Shown here piece after piece: positions 1 through 8,411 of a DNA stretch of 64,000 nt. Position 1 is the stretch's first letter, and each line of letters opens with the position of its first letter. The stretch lies in assembly GCA_013288325.1 (NCBI GenBank), contig JABDCB010000003.1, positions 26,015-90,014 of the forward strand. The letters run 5' to 3'. The stretch comes from Bacteroidota bacterium. GTDB lineage: Bacteria > Bacteroidota > Bacteroidia > Palsa-965. Both the position numbers and the translations under genes were made by a program. The notes beneath the pieces are model-generated. The model was not told the origin of the DNA, did no database searches, and saw nothing but the letters and a program-made list of their open reading frames with translations.

Positions 1-2
1 CT

Positions 3-239
3 GTAAAAGACCTGAGAGTAATAGGACGTGCCACCCAGGGTGTACGTCTTATCAATCTGTCCGAAACAGATGAGATCGCTTCCGTTGCCAAAGTGGATGT
101 AGATCCGGAAGAAGCAAAACTGGAAGAGGGACTCGAAAACGGACCCGTTTATGAAAACGGAGCAGATACTGCGTCTGATGAACAGAAACCCGATCAGGAA
201 GAAGGAAACACTCCTGAACCGGATGAAACCAAGGAATAA
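3..239 (+). CDS. gyrA: DNA gyrase subunit A, C-terminal fragment (partial, starts upstream of window)
   Basis: Frame-3 translation VKDLRVIGRATQGVRLINLSETDEIASVAKVD... ends in an acidic Asp/Glu-rich tail with stop TAA at 237-239, typical of the GyrA C-terminal beta-pinwheel end. Not in the ORF track because it lacks a Met start in the window. Confidence 0.5.
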   Translation, partial: VKDLRVIGRATQGVRLINLSETDEIASVAKVDVDPEEAKLEEGLENGPVYENGADTASDEQKPDQEEGNTPEPDETKE

Positions 240-240
240 G

Positions 241-248
241 TAATTTTG
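241..248 (+). promoter_or_regulatory. Putative Bacteroidota sigma-A -7 box (TAnnTTTG) upstream of the TPR gene
   Basis: 'taattttg' matches the TAnnTTTG consensus, about 58 bp upstream of the ATG at 307. Confidence 0.3.
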
Positions 249-306
249 TTAAATAGCTCACAATCAAAGATTCACTTAATTTAATTAATGCTTTAATACA
301 TCATTT

Positions 307-1575
307 ATGAAGAAACACCTGATTATCCTGACAGCTTGTAGTCTGTTTGCAGGTATGAGTATTGCACAATCCAGTAAGCGGACCACCGCGCATAATGCCC
401 TGGAAGATTATAAGAAATACCATGAGGCCGATGCGCTAAAAAAAGCAAAGGATAATATAGATGCTGCATCCCAGCATCCGGAAACCGGTATCGAAGCCAA
501 AACATGGGTGTACCGTGGCGAGATCTACCTGGTTAGCTATGAGCACTCTATACAGGTGGAAGAAGAAAAACAAAAGGATGTAAGCGACCCTAAGAAAAAG
601 AACATGGTAGCTTATACCAATACCAGCCTGGACGAACTTAAGACCTCTTATGAATCGTACCAGAAAGCCAAGGAATACGACAAAAAGAAGATCTATACCG
701 AAGAAATCGGGAGCGCATTGCCTCGTATTATGGTGCATTTTGACAACAAAGGAGTTGCCGATTATAACGCCAAACAACTGGGCAGCGCAGCTATGGCCTT
801 TGAAAAATGCTATGAAGTATCAGGAGTGATTGGCAAAGCCGATACCTCTGTGCTTAACAATGCCGCTATGTGCTACAAAATGGGTGGCGATATGCAAAAG
901 GCCCTGGATATATATAAGAAACTGGTGGATATGGGTTATGGTAAGGGAAAAACGGTGGCCATCCTCTCCAATATCTATGTCACCAATAAGGACACAGCAT
1001 CTGCTATTGCCCTGGTATCTAAAGAACGTCAGGTATACCCAACCGATATGGATCTGTTGACAACAGAAACTAACCTGTTTCTGATGACCAAAAAACGCAA
1101 GGAAGCTTTGGCCAATCTGCAAAGCCTGATTGCTAAAAACCCGAACGACGCCCAGATGAACCTGCTCGTAGCCAGCATTTATGACAATATGGCCAACCCA
1201 AAGGATGATAAAGGCGCAGAAATGCCTCAGCCTCCGGAAGCAGAAGACTATTTCAATCAGAGTGTAACCTATTATAAAAAGGCCATCGAGCTTAAACCGG
1301 ACTATTTTGAAGCCCTCTTTAACCTGGGTATCCTGTATTACAACCGGGGAGCCAAGATGTATAACAAAGCCAATACCATCAAGGAAGCGGCTTTGTACAA
1401 CAAGGAAAGTAAGAAAGCTGATGAAGTGTTCCGCACCGCATTGCCTTACCTGGAAAAAGCCCATGAGGTAAATCCAAAAGACAAGGATACCATGAAGTCA
1501 CTCAAGACCTTATACGCCCGTACCGAGCAACAGGCCAAATACGACAAGATCGTAGAAGAAATGAAAAGTAACTGA
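307..1575 (+). CDS. TPR-repeat protein with N-terminal signal peptide (putative lipoprotein/exported)
   Basis: 422-aa ORF. N-terminus MKKHLIILTACSLFAGMSIAQ is a signal peptide. Repeated TPR-like YxxA/ALxxxP helical motifs (ALFNLGILYYNRGA, YQKAKEY). Confidence 0.75.
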   Translation: MKKHLIILTACSLFAGMSIAQSSKRTTAHNALEDYKKYHEADALKKAKDNIDAASQHPETGIEAKTWVYRGEIYLVSYEHSIQVEEEKQKDVSDPKKKNMVAYTNTSLDELKTSYESYQKAKEYDKKKIYTEEIGSALPRIMVHFDNKGVADYNAKQLGSAAMAFEKCYEVSGVIGKADTSVLNNAAMCYKMGGDMQKALDIYKKLVDMGYGKGKTVAILSNIYVTNKDTASAIALVSKERQVYPTDMDLLTTETNLFLMTKKRKEALANLQSLIAKNPNDAQMNLLVASIYDNMANPKDDKGAEMPQPPEAEDYFNQSVTYYKKAIELKPDYFEALFNLGILYYNRGAKMYNKANTIKEAALYNKESKKADEVFRTALPYLEKAHEVNPKDKDTMKSLKTLYARTEQQAKYDKIVEEMKSN

Positions 1576-1597
1576 TAGGGGAGTCCTTATACAACAA

Positions 1598-1628
1598 GAA
1601 AGCGGAAGAGATTCCGCTTTCTTTGTTT
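1598..1628 (+). terminator. Rho-independent terminator after the TPR gene
   Basis: 10-bp perfect stem gaaagcggaa/ttccgctttc with a gaga loop followed by tttgttt. Confidence 0.7.
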
Positions 1629-1642
1629 ATGGAACAATGGTA

Positions 1643-2005
1643 GGCAGCGGCAGGCGCGGGAGGCAGTCCCAATCGTGGTCATCCTGAACAGAAGCGTTGG
1701 AATGCGAATGAGGGTGAAGGATCTGCTGGTGTGGCGGCTTAAACTAGCTGAATTCAGAATTCAAATAACTCTCAATTTTAAACTATAAGCGCTAAATGTT
1801 TAAGTCCTCTCGCACTTGAGCGTTTATAATTGAGTGCTTATAATTTAGAGTTTCTGAGGAATGAAGATTATGCACTTGCCAAATCGTGGTGATCCTGATC
1901 AGGAGTAGTCGTTTATCCCCCTTTGGAGGGGGCAAGGGGGAGGAAATCAGAGTGAGAGCGGAGTGCGGGAGCGAAAAAAGGAGGCAGGCGCAGAGGGCAG
2001 CAGAG
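1643..2005. repeat. Composite repeat unit, copy 1 (about 365 bp)
   Basis: Contains the 'aatcgtggt(c/g)atcctga(a/t)cag' motif at 1671 and 1882, the 'ctgaattcagaattc' palindrome, an ~85-nt imperfect hairpin (ctctcaattttaaac...agtgcttataatttagag), and the G-rich 'tatccccctttggagggggcaagggggagg' and 'ggaggcaggcgcag' motifs. About 90% identical to copy 2. Confidence 0.85.
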
Positions 2006-2008
2006 TTC

Positions 2009-2314
2009 TTAAGCCTTCACTTCAATCTTATCAATACCACTATCCGGCATTACGAATTTCCCCTTGGGTAAAAACGGACCTTCTATATAATGAACTTCCC
2101 TCAATTCATCTACCTGAAAACATCTCCAGTTAAGGGCAGTTTCTTTGGATACGCCGGACGATGATTCCCCGTCAAACTGATAAAAGAAGGCATGAGCCAC
2201 CCCGTTAATAGTACCCAGCAGGTGAGGGCACATCTTTCTTCTGTATCCGTTGTGGATGGCAAAGATCTGTTGTTTGTTTTGGATTGCCTTTTGAATAGTG
2301 ACATAGTTGCTCAT
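2009..2314 (-). CDS. Hypothetical 101-aa protein occupying the unique spacer between repeat copies 1 and 2
   Basis: ORF MSNYVTIQKAIQNKQQIFAIHNGYRRKMCPHLLGTINGVAHAFF... has non-repetitive, protein-like composition and fills the unique segment between the two repeat copies. No family recognised. Confidence 0.45.
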   Translation of the reverse strand: MSNYVTIQKAIQNKQQIFAIHNGYRRKMCPHLLGTINGVAHAFFYQFDGESSSGVSKETALNWRCFQVDELREVHYIEGPFLPKGKFVMPDSGIDKIEVKA

Positions 2315-2370
2315 AACAGATCCTTTGGATGTAGGCCAAAGGTATTCATTCCCCGATGCTTTTTACAAAA

Positions 2371-2748
2371 GGAGGCAGAGGCAGGCGCAGGAGGCAAAAA
2401 AGGAGGCAGTCCTAATCGTGGTCATCCTGAACAGAAGCGTTGGAATGTGGATGAGGGTGAAGGATCTGCTGGTGTGGCGGCTATAACTAGCTGAATTCAG
2501 AATTCAAACAACTCTCAATTTTAAACACTAAACGCTAAATGTTTAAGTCCTCCCGCACTTGAGCGTTTAAAATTGAGTGTTTAAAATTTAGAGTTTCTTA
2601 AGATCGAAGATTATGTATTTACCTAATCGTGGTCATCCTTAACAGGAGCAGACACTTATCCCCCTTTGGAGGGGGCAAGGGGGAGGAAATCAGAGTGAGA
2701 GCGGAGTGCGAGAGCGAAAAAAGGAGGCAGCGGCAGACGCAGGAGGTA
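2371..2748. repeat. Composite repeat unit, copy 2
   Basis: Same sub-element order as copy 1: ggaggcag..aatcgtggtcatcctgaacag (2414) ... hairpin 2510-2595 ... aatcgtggtcatccttaacaggag (2624) ... G-rich tail. Period to copy 1 is about 728 bp. Confidence 0.85.
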
Positions 2749-2903
2749 GGACTCAAATAACTCTCAATTTTAAACACTAAACGCTAAATGTTTAACTCCT
2801 CCCGCACTTGAGCGTTTAAAATTGAGTGTTTAAAATTTAGAGTTTCTTAAGATCGAAGATTATGTACTTACTTAATCGTGGTCATCCTGAACGAAGCCGC
2901 ATA
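2749..2903. repeat. Composite repeat unit, copy 3 (5'-truncated)
   Basis: Begins inside the unit at 'actcaaataactctcaatttt', carries the hairpin (2760-2845) and a fifth 'aatcgtggtcatcctgaac' motif at 2873. Confidence 0.8.
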
Positions 2904-2996
2904 AGGCCGCTCCCGCTTTGTCATTCTGAGGCACTCGGGGGTAGCAAAATAGGCCGCTCCTGTTTTGTCATTCTGAGGCACTCGGGGTAGCCAAAA
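2904..2996. repeat. Tandem direct repeat, 2 x about 47 bp
   Basis: 'aggccgctcccgctttgtcattctgaggcactcgggggtagcaaaat' is immediately followed by a near-identical second copy. Confidence 0.8.
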
Positions 2997-3235
2997 TGGT
3001 GGCAGTGCCGAAGAATCCATTTTAACCGACACAGGCTTTCATCCTTTGACATAGATAAACATGAAAGGTCACTAAATCCCTTTACTGGCGTGGCACACAC
3101 GCATTTAACATAATGTTAATTATAGAATATTTAACTATACCGGAAACCCCTAAATCAATCCTTAATCCAGCCCTAAAAATACACCCGGCTTAAACAGGTT
3201 TATAGACAGATCTTCGTAAAAAACGACTGGTTTAT

Positions 3236-3257
3236 AAACCGGCTTTAAAGCCGGTTT
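3236..3257. promoter_or_regulatory. Perfect 22-bp palindrome (possible operator or bidirectional hairpin)
   Basis: 'aaaccggctttaaagccggttt' is its own reverse complement. It lies in a gene-free region. Confidence 0.25.
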
Positions 3258-4125
3258 TGAGACGAGATCGGATTCTGTCAGCAACCCGATAAACCTCCTC
3301 ACGGATATCCATCACCGGTTTAAAATCCTTTAGGATCGGTTTCGATTTTATCCCTGCCATTTCCCAGCTTCATTTTCCCTTTTCTTAATCCTATTTGCCT
3401 GGCTTATTGATCCTTTCTTTCCCGTTTATGCGCTTATAATCGCTTTACCAGCCATCCGGGCGCCTTTATGAATCCATTGGCCAGATCCAGATTTATTCCC
3501 GCCAGGCATTCATTTATCCAATCCAACTTTACTAATAGCCGCAGTTTCTATAATTTCCGATCCGATTACTATTATTTCCCTATGCGCTTCCAGCATTTCT
3601 AAATCTATTTTTTTAGATTCTTTGAGGGTTTTTATCATTTACGACCAGGTTTTTACACTTTTCGAGCTGTTTTCTATCGATTCCTTGTGCCTTTTGCTAA
3701 TTTCCTTCTGAGTTTCTTTCATTTCCGAAGTGGATATTAAGAATTCCCTATTGGCTTTTATACATTCCTCCGGCATGTTCTTAAATGCCGCAACGGCATC
3801 TTTAGTTTCTGCCTCAGTTTCTAAAAACTCCGTCCGGGTATTTATAAAAATATACCTGGAAACTATAAAAACCACCCAAGCATCTATGGTTTCTGAGGAT
3901 ACTTGTAGAAATGGACACTATAAACCTGTCGGAAATCTGTGTATTTCGTTATATTTATGGGATATCTGCTCTAAAAAAGGCTCATTTCAATTGAAATAAC
4001 CAGCATTCATCCAGCATCGGACCATTTTTATTCAAAAGACTTTCTGGTTTGTATAAGAAACGCACTTATGCCTCTATTTATTTTAAATAAATAGCTGTAT
4101 ATCAATTATATTGGAATAATCACCT

Positions 4126-4169
4126 CCATTAAAAATGAAATATCCAGTTGGATTCTTCCAACTGGATAT
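4126..4169 (-). terminator. Rho-independent terminator downstream of the adhesin gene
   Basis: 13-bp stem atatccagttgga/tccaactggatat with a 4-nt loop. On the minus strand it is followed by a T-run (the plus-strand 'aaaaatgaaa' at 4131-4140). Confidence 0.65.
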
Positions 4170-4205
4170 CTAGTCACTTCAATAAGCTATTAATTACCTA
4201 TTCAA

Positions 4206-7200
4206 TCAATTCCGCATCAGGGTAAAATACCCATGGAAGGCATATTGTTTGCCATCATCGCCTTTGGCAGTAATGATATAATAGTAGGTTCCGGCAACAG
4301 CCTTGGCTCCGCCAGGTGTTCGTCCATCCCAACCTTCTCCGGCCTGATTCAGATCGGCAAGCAATACTCCCCAACGGTCAAAGATCTTTCCTTCAAACTC
4401 GGTTATGCCTTGCGATGACACCAGGAACAAATCGTTGGTACCATCATCGTTCGGGGTAAAGATATTGGGTACGGTAAGAAAAGATGGAAGCTCTTTTACC
4501 TCTATCACTTTAGTGAATGTACTTTGGCAACCGGTAAGACTATCGGTAACGGTAAGGGTTATGGTATATGTACCTCCGGAAGGATATGTATGCGCCCCTC
4601 CTTTTCCGCTTCCTGTTGTTCCATCTCCATAATCCCATGCCCAGGTAGTGGTATTGGCCGAACTGCTATCGGTAAATGTTACGGGTAAAGGCATGGTTCC
4701 GGTGGTGGCGCTGAGGATAAATCCGGCCTGAACACTATTCTCGGTAACCGTAAAATGGGCCGAATCGGTACCACAGTTATTGGTAACCATCACATAATAA
4801 TTACCTCCTGTATTTACAGTAAGACTTGGAGAGGTGGCTCCAGTATTCCAGGAATAAGTGCCTCCCCCGGTGGCGGTAAGGACCGTATTTTGCCCCAGAC
4901 AGAAATCAGGCTGACCGAAGATATGGGTGTTGGGCAAGGAATCGCGGGTAAGGGAAATGGTAGTGGAATCGATACCACAGGCATTAATGGCATAAAGTTT
5001 ATAGGTACCACCGTTATTGGTCACAATAGGATTGGTGGCTGAGCCCGTACTCCACGAATAAGTGGATCCTCCCGATGCAGTAAGTGTTACCGGACTTCCG
5101 AAACAGAACGTTGTGGGTCCGCTTGGGGTTATCAAGGCAACCGGTTTGGTGCCCGAATTGGTAACACTGTCCACAATCTGAAACGTACATCCACCTGAAT
5201 CGGTTACTGTACAGGTATAGGAATTGAACGGCAGTGCGGTAGCATTGTTGGTAGTAACTGCTGAGGCGGGGGCTGGACTCCAGGCATAGGTATACGTGGC
5301 GGTACCTCCGCTGGGGGTAACTGTCATGCTACCATTGGAAAGCTTACAGGTGCTGGGCACAGATACATCGGTGGCGGTGAGCGGTGCCGGCTGAATAACC
5401 TTAACCGAATCTACCTTGGAACAACCATTGCCATCGGTAATGGTGCAGGTATAGCTCCCGGCGCATAATGAACCGGCTGTAGTACTTGTACTGGGGCTTC
5501 CGCTCCAGGAATAACTGTATGGTCCTGTTCCCCCGCTGGCTGTTATTGTAGCGGAACCGTTACAAGATCCGTTGCAAAGCGTTTTCTGACTTACACATAC
5601 ATCTCCGATGGCGGCAGGCTGTGTAATGGCATAGGTTTGCTGAGTGGTACAACCGTTGGCATCGGTAATATGACAAGTATAGTTACCCATACACAGAGCG
5701 CTTACATTTTGTGTAGTGCCTGGATTAGGATTCCATGAATAAGTATAAGCGCCGGTACCTCCGCTTACGGTAGCGGTGGCTGTGCCGTTGCAGGATCCGT
5801 TACACGTTGGATTAACAGATGCCGGGGCCACAGCCAGGGCTGCAGGTTGTGTAAGCGTTACTGACTGGGTGTTGATACATCCGGCAGCGTCTTTAATAGT
5901 ACAGGTATAGGTAGTACCTGCACAAAGGTTATTGGCAGTAACAGTAGTACTGGGGTTGGCCGACCAGGAATAGGTTAAAGGAGCTGTTCCGCCGCTTACT
6001 GTAACAGTGGCTGTTCCGTTACAACCAGCATTACAACTTGGATTGCCGGAAGAAAGAAGAGATGCTGTTGGTCCCCCAACGTTATTCACCGCTATGGGAA
6101 CGACCTTGGAACAACCGTGATTATCGGTTACTGTACACGTATATGTTCCGGCCGGGAGACTACTTGCAGTGGCAGTACCTTGTCCCACAGTTGGTGCAGG
6201 GTTCCAGGAATATGTATAAGGACCGGTACCTCCGCTGGGTGCTACAGTAGCAGACCCATTCGAACCTCCGCAGTTGGCCGATGTAGCCGAAGGGGCTGCA
6301 GCAAGCACAGTGGGCTGGGTAATGGTAAATGTTTGAGTTGTGATACAACCGTTTGCATCCTTAACGGTACAGGTATAGGTTCCTGCGCATAAATTGCTGG
6401 CTGTTGCCGTAGTACTTGGATTGCCGCTCCAGGAATAAGTAAGTGTACCTGTACCTCCGCTGGCGGTTATGGATGCTGTTCCATTGCAATTACCATTACA
6501 CATATTGTTGGCGGTAACACCCGGGCTAGAGGTAGGACCGGAAGTAGTACCAACTACAATCGGTACTGCCTTTGTACATCCGTTGGCATCCTTAACCGTG
6601 ATGGTATAAGTACCCGCTGGTATGGAAGAAGCTGTTGGGGTACCCTGACCTACTGCTGGCGCCGGACTCCATGTATAAGTATAGGCTCCTGTTCCGCCTG
6701 TGGCAGCAACAGTAGCAGATCCGTTTGAGCTACCACAACTGGCAGATGTAGAACCAGGTGTAAGCGAAATAGCACTGGGCTGGGTTATAGTTACCGTAGC
6801 TGTGGAAGTACAACCTTTGGAAGTAGTCACCTGAACCGTATATGTTCCGGCTCCTAAACCGCTGGTAGTGGCGGCTGTGCCTCCCCCACCCGACCACGAA
6901 TACGTATATGCAGGATTGCCCCCCGTAGGGGTTACGGTTCCGGTTCCTGTGGTGCCTCCGTTACAGAGCACCGACGTAGTGGATGTCGCCAATGTTGCTG
7001 AGTTGCCTACCCCTACCGTAGTAGTGGCCGTACTCGTACACGTCCCCTGGGTTTCCGTTACCGTATACGTGGTGGTGGCACCAGGGCTTGCCGTGACAGA
7101 AGAGCCGGTAGTACCGCTCAATCCTCCGGAAGGGCTCCAGCTGAATGTTCCGCTACCTGTGGCTGTAAGTGTTACACCTGCCGCACCGTTGCAAACGGTA

Positions 7201-8183
7201 GGGCTTGCAGGGCTCACTGTAGTTGGAGTATTGGGATTTACGGTTACTTGTACGGTTCCTGTATATGTAGTGTTGGCGCCATCGCAATTGGTTACTTTCA
7301 TGCTGGCGGTATAGGTAGATGTGGTGGTAGGGCAAACACTTACACTGTTACCGGTACCTACTACACCGCTGGGACCTGTCCAGGTTATGGCATATGAGGG
7401 AGCACCCGATGGAGAAAATCTCCAGGCTTCATTATTGGCGGTCCATGCTGTTGGATAATTACGATTAGGAGGAACCACCGCCACTGTTCCGGCGGAATTC
7501 TGAATACCTATAATCCCCGCTCCTCCGTTCCACTGATTACAGGAGTAGCTGTTTGAAATATACACGTCTATATAATTGGTGTTTTCATACAACACCAATT
7601 GTAAGGTAGAATTGGGTGTACCATCGCAGGTACCATTACCATTGTCGTACAATGGAACATTGACCCAGCTCATAACCAGTGCACGGCATGGAGCGGTACC
7701 TAATGTTTCGATATAGGAATTACCTCCGAGGCCCTGGTCCATATCCCGGAAACAAGCGCAAATAGTATTTCCCGGCAAGTCGGTGGTATTGGGAAGAGCC
7801 GATGTGAGTTGCCAGTTGTCATACCCGCCCGAATTGGTAAGGTCGAAAGTCAACTGACCGTTATCTCCGAGAACTGCCTGATTGTAGTAGTTTCCGAAAT
7901 AACAAAAGTTAAAACCCAGGTTTACTGTATTACTCCATACATCATCGGCACCTACAAGGATATTGGTGCCGGCGTAAGGGTAAGGCGCATAAGGAATTGC
8001 GCTTACAGTATAACCTGTTGTTTGATTGTTGGACACAACACTGGAAGTAAGTGTTGTACAGCTTCCCTGACAAATGGTGACGGGGCTTCCTGCTGAAATA
8101 GAAGGACAAGCCGGTGCACCTTGAGCAAATAATCCGCTACTTTGAATTACAAGGAAACTCAGAAAAAAAATGACTTTTTTCAA
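4206..8183 (-). CDS. Large cell-surface adhesin-like protein: SprB repeats + PKD domain + T9SS type-B (gliding-motility-associated) C-terminal sorting domain
   Basis: 1325 aa with a signal peptide (MKKVIFFLSFLVIQSSGLFAQ). At least 8 SprB-type repeats (CNGxCNGTAxxTxSGGTGxxTYSWS). A PKD-like segment (FTDSSSANTTTWAWDYGDGTTG...GTYTITLTVTD). A C-terminus with the NIFTPNDDGTNDLF ... GTYYY motif characteristic of the T9SS type-B CTD. Confidence 0.85.
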   Translation of the reverse strand: MKKVIFFLSFLVIQSSGLFAQGAPACPSISAGSPVTICQGSCTTLTSSVVSNNQTTGYTVSAIPYAPYPYAGTNILVGADDVWSNTVNLGFNFCYFGNYYNQAVLGDNGQLTFDLTNSGGYDNWQLTSALPNTTDLPGNTICACFRDMDQGLGGNSYIETLGTAPCRALVMSWVNVPLYDNGNGTCDGTPNSTLQLVLYENTNYIDVYISNSYSCNQWNGGAGIIGIQNSAGTVAVVPPNRNYPTAWTANNEAWRFSPSGAPSYAITWTGPSGVVGTGNSVSVCPTTTSTYTASMKVTNCDGANTTYTGTVQVTVNPNTPTTVSPASPTVCNGAAGVTLTATGSGTFSWSPSGGLSGTTGSSVTASPGATTTYTVTETQGTCTSTATTTVGVGNSATLATSTTSVLCNGGTTGTGTVTPTGGNPAYTYSWSGGGGTAATTSGLGAGTYTVQVTTSKGCTSTATVTITQPSAISLTPGSTSASCGSSNGSATVAATGGTGAYTYTWSPAPAVGQGTPTASSIPAGTYTITVKDANGCTKAVPIVVGTTSGPTSSPGVTANNMCNGNCNGTASITASGGTGTLTYSWSGNPSTTATASNLCAGTYTCTVKDANGCITTQTFTITQPTVLAAAPSATSANCGGSNGSATVAPSGGTGPYTYSWNPAPTVGQGTATASSLPAGTYTCTVTDNHGCSKVVPIAVNNVGGPTASLLSSGNPSCNAGCNGTATVTVSGGTAPLTYSWSANPSTTVTANNLCAGTTYTCTIKDAAGCINTQSVTLTQPAALAVAPASVNPTCNGSCNGTATATVSGGTGAYTYSWNPNPGTTQNVSALCMGNYTCHITDANGCTTQQTYAITQPAAIGDVCVSQKTLCNGSCNGSATITASGGTGPYSYSWSGSPSTSTTAGSLCAGSYTCTITDGNGCSKVDSVKVIQPAPLTATDVSVPSTCKLSNGSMTVTPSGGTATYTYAWSPAPASAVTTNNATALPFNSYTCTVTDSGGCTFQIVDSVTNSGTKPVALITPSGPTTFCFGSPVTLTASGGSTYSWSTGSATNPIVTNNGGTYKLYAINACGIDSTTISLTRDSLPNTHIFGQPDFCLGQNTVLTATGGGTYSWNTGATSPSLTVNTGGNYYVMVTNNCGTDSAHFTVTENSVQAGFILSATTGTMPLPVTFTDSSSANTTTWAWDYGDGTTGSGKGGAHTYPSGGTYTITLTVTDSLTGCQSTFTKVIEVKELPSFLTVPNIFTPNDDGTNDLFLVSSQGITEFEGKIFDRWGVLLADLNQAGEGWDGRTPGGAKAVAGTYYYIITAKGDDGKQYAFHGYFTLMRN

Positions 8184-8353
8184 GGAGTTTGTGTGTTTTT
8201 TATAAGAAAAGAAACGATGAAACGTGATATGCGCCAGCTAAATATATGGTTTTTGGCGTTCATCCACAAAGTCCGACATCCAATTTAATGAACAATATGA
8301 TTTTGAAAAGACGATTATAGTTATTTCATCGATGTGTTACGCCAATATTAAGA

Positions 8354-8384
8354 CATAAAAAAAACCGCCCAAAGACGGTTTTTT
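8354..8384 (-). terminator. Hairpin terminator downstream of the 103-aa ORF (bidirectional A-run/T-run flanks)
   Basis: 'aaaaaaaaccgcccaaagacggtttttt': stem aaaaccg/cggtttt, loop cccaaaga. Confidence 0.4.
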
Positions 8385-8411
8385 AGACATATTATTGTGA
8401 TAAGGAGAGTC

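Noticed and set aside
1886-2494. ORFs 1886..2071 (+) and 2192..2494 (+) inside the repeat array
   Set aside because: Their sequences are translations of the repeated DNA (for example the G-rich motif gives ...GGGKGEEIRVRAE...). The second copy of the repeat is not open in the same frame, and both ORFs overlap the better minus-strand ORF 2009..2314.
1643-2996. CRISPR array
   Set aside because: The repeat units are about 370 bp, not 25-50 bp. There are no short regular spacers and no cas genes.
1643-2996. Integron with integrase
   Set aside because: No tyrosine recombinase/IntI gene is present in or near the repeat array. Only the attC-like (CALIN) possibility is retained as a hypothesis.
3730-3999. 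ORF 3730..3999 (+) 89 aa
   Set aside because: It lies on the pyrimidine-rich strand with low-complexity, non-protein-like composition. It is antisense to the more plausible decayed minus-strand frame.
6868-7314. ORF 6868..7314 (+) and other ORFs antisense to the adhesin gene
   Set aside because: They are antisense reading frames through the Thr/Gly/Ser-rich adhesin gene (P/V-rich translations), fully contained in a high-confidence CDS.
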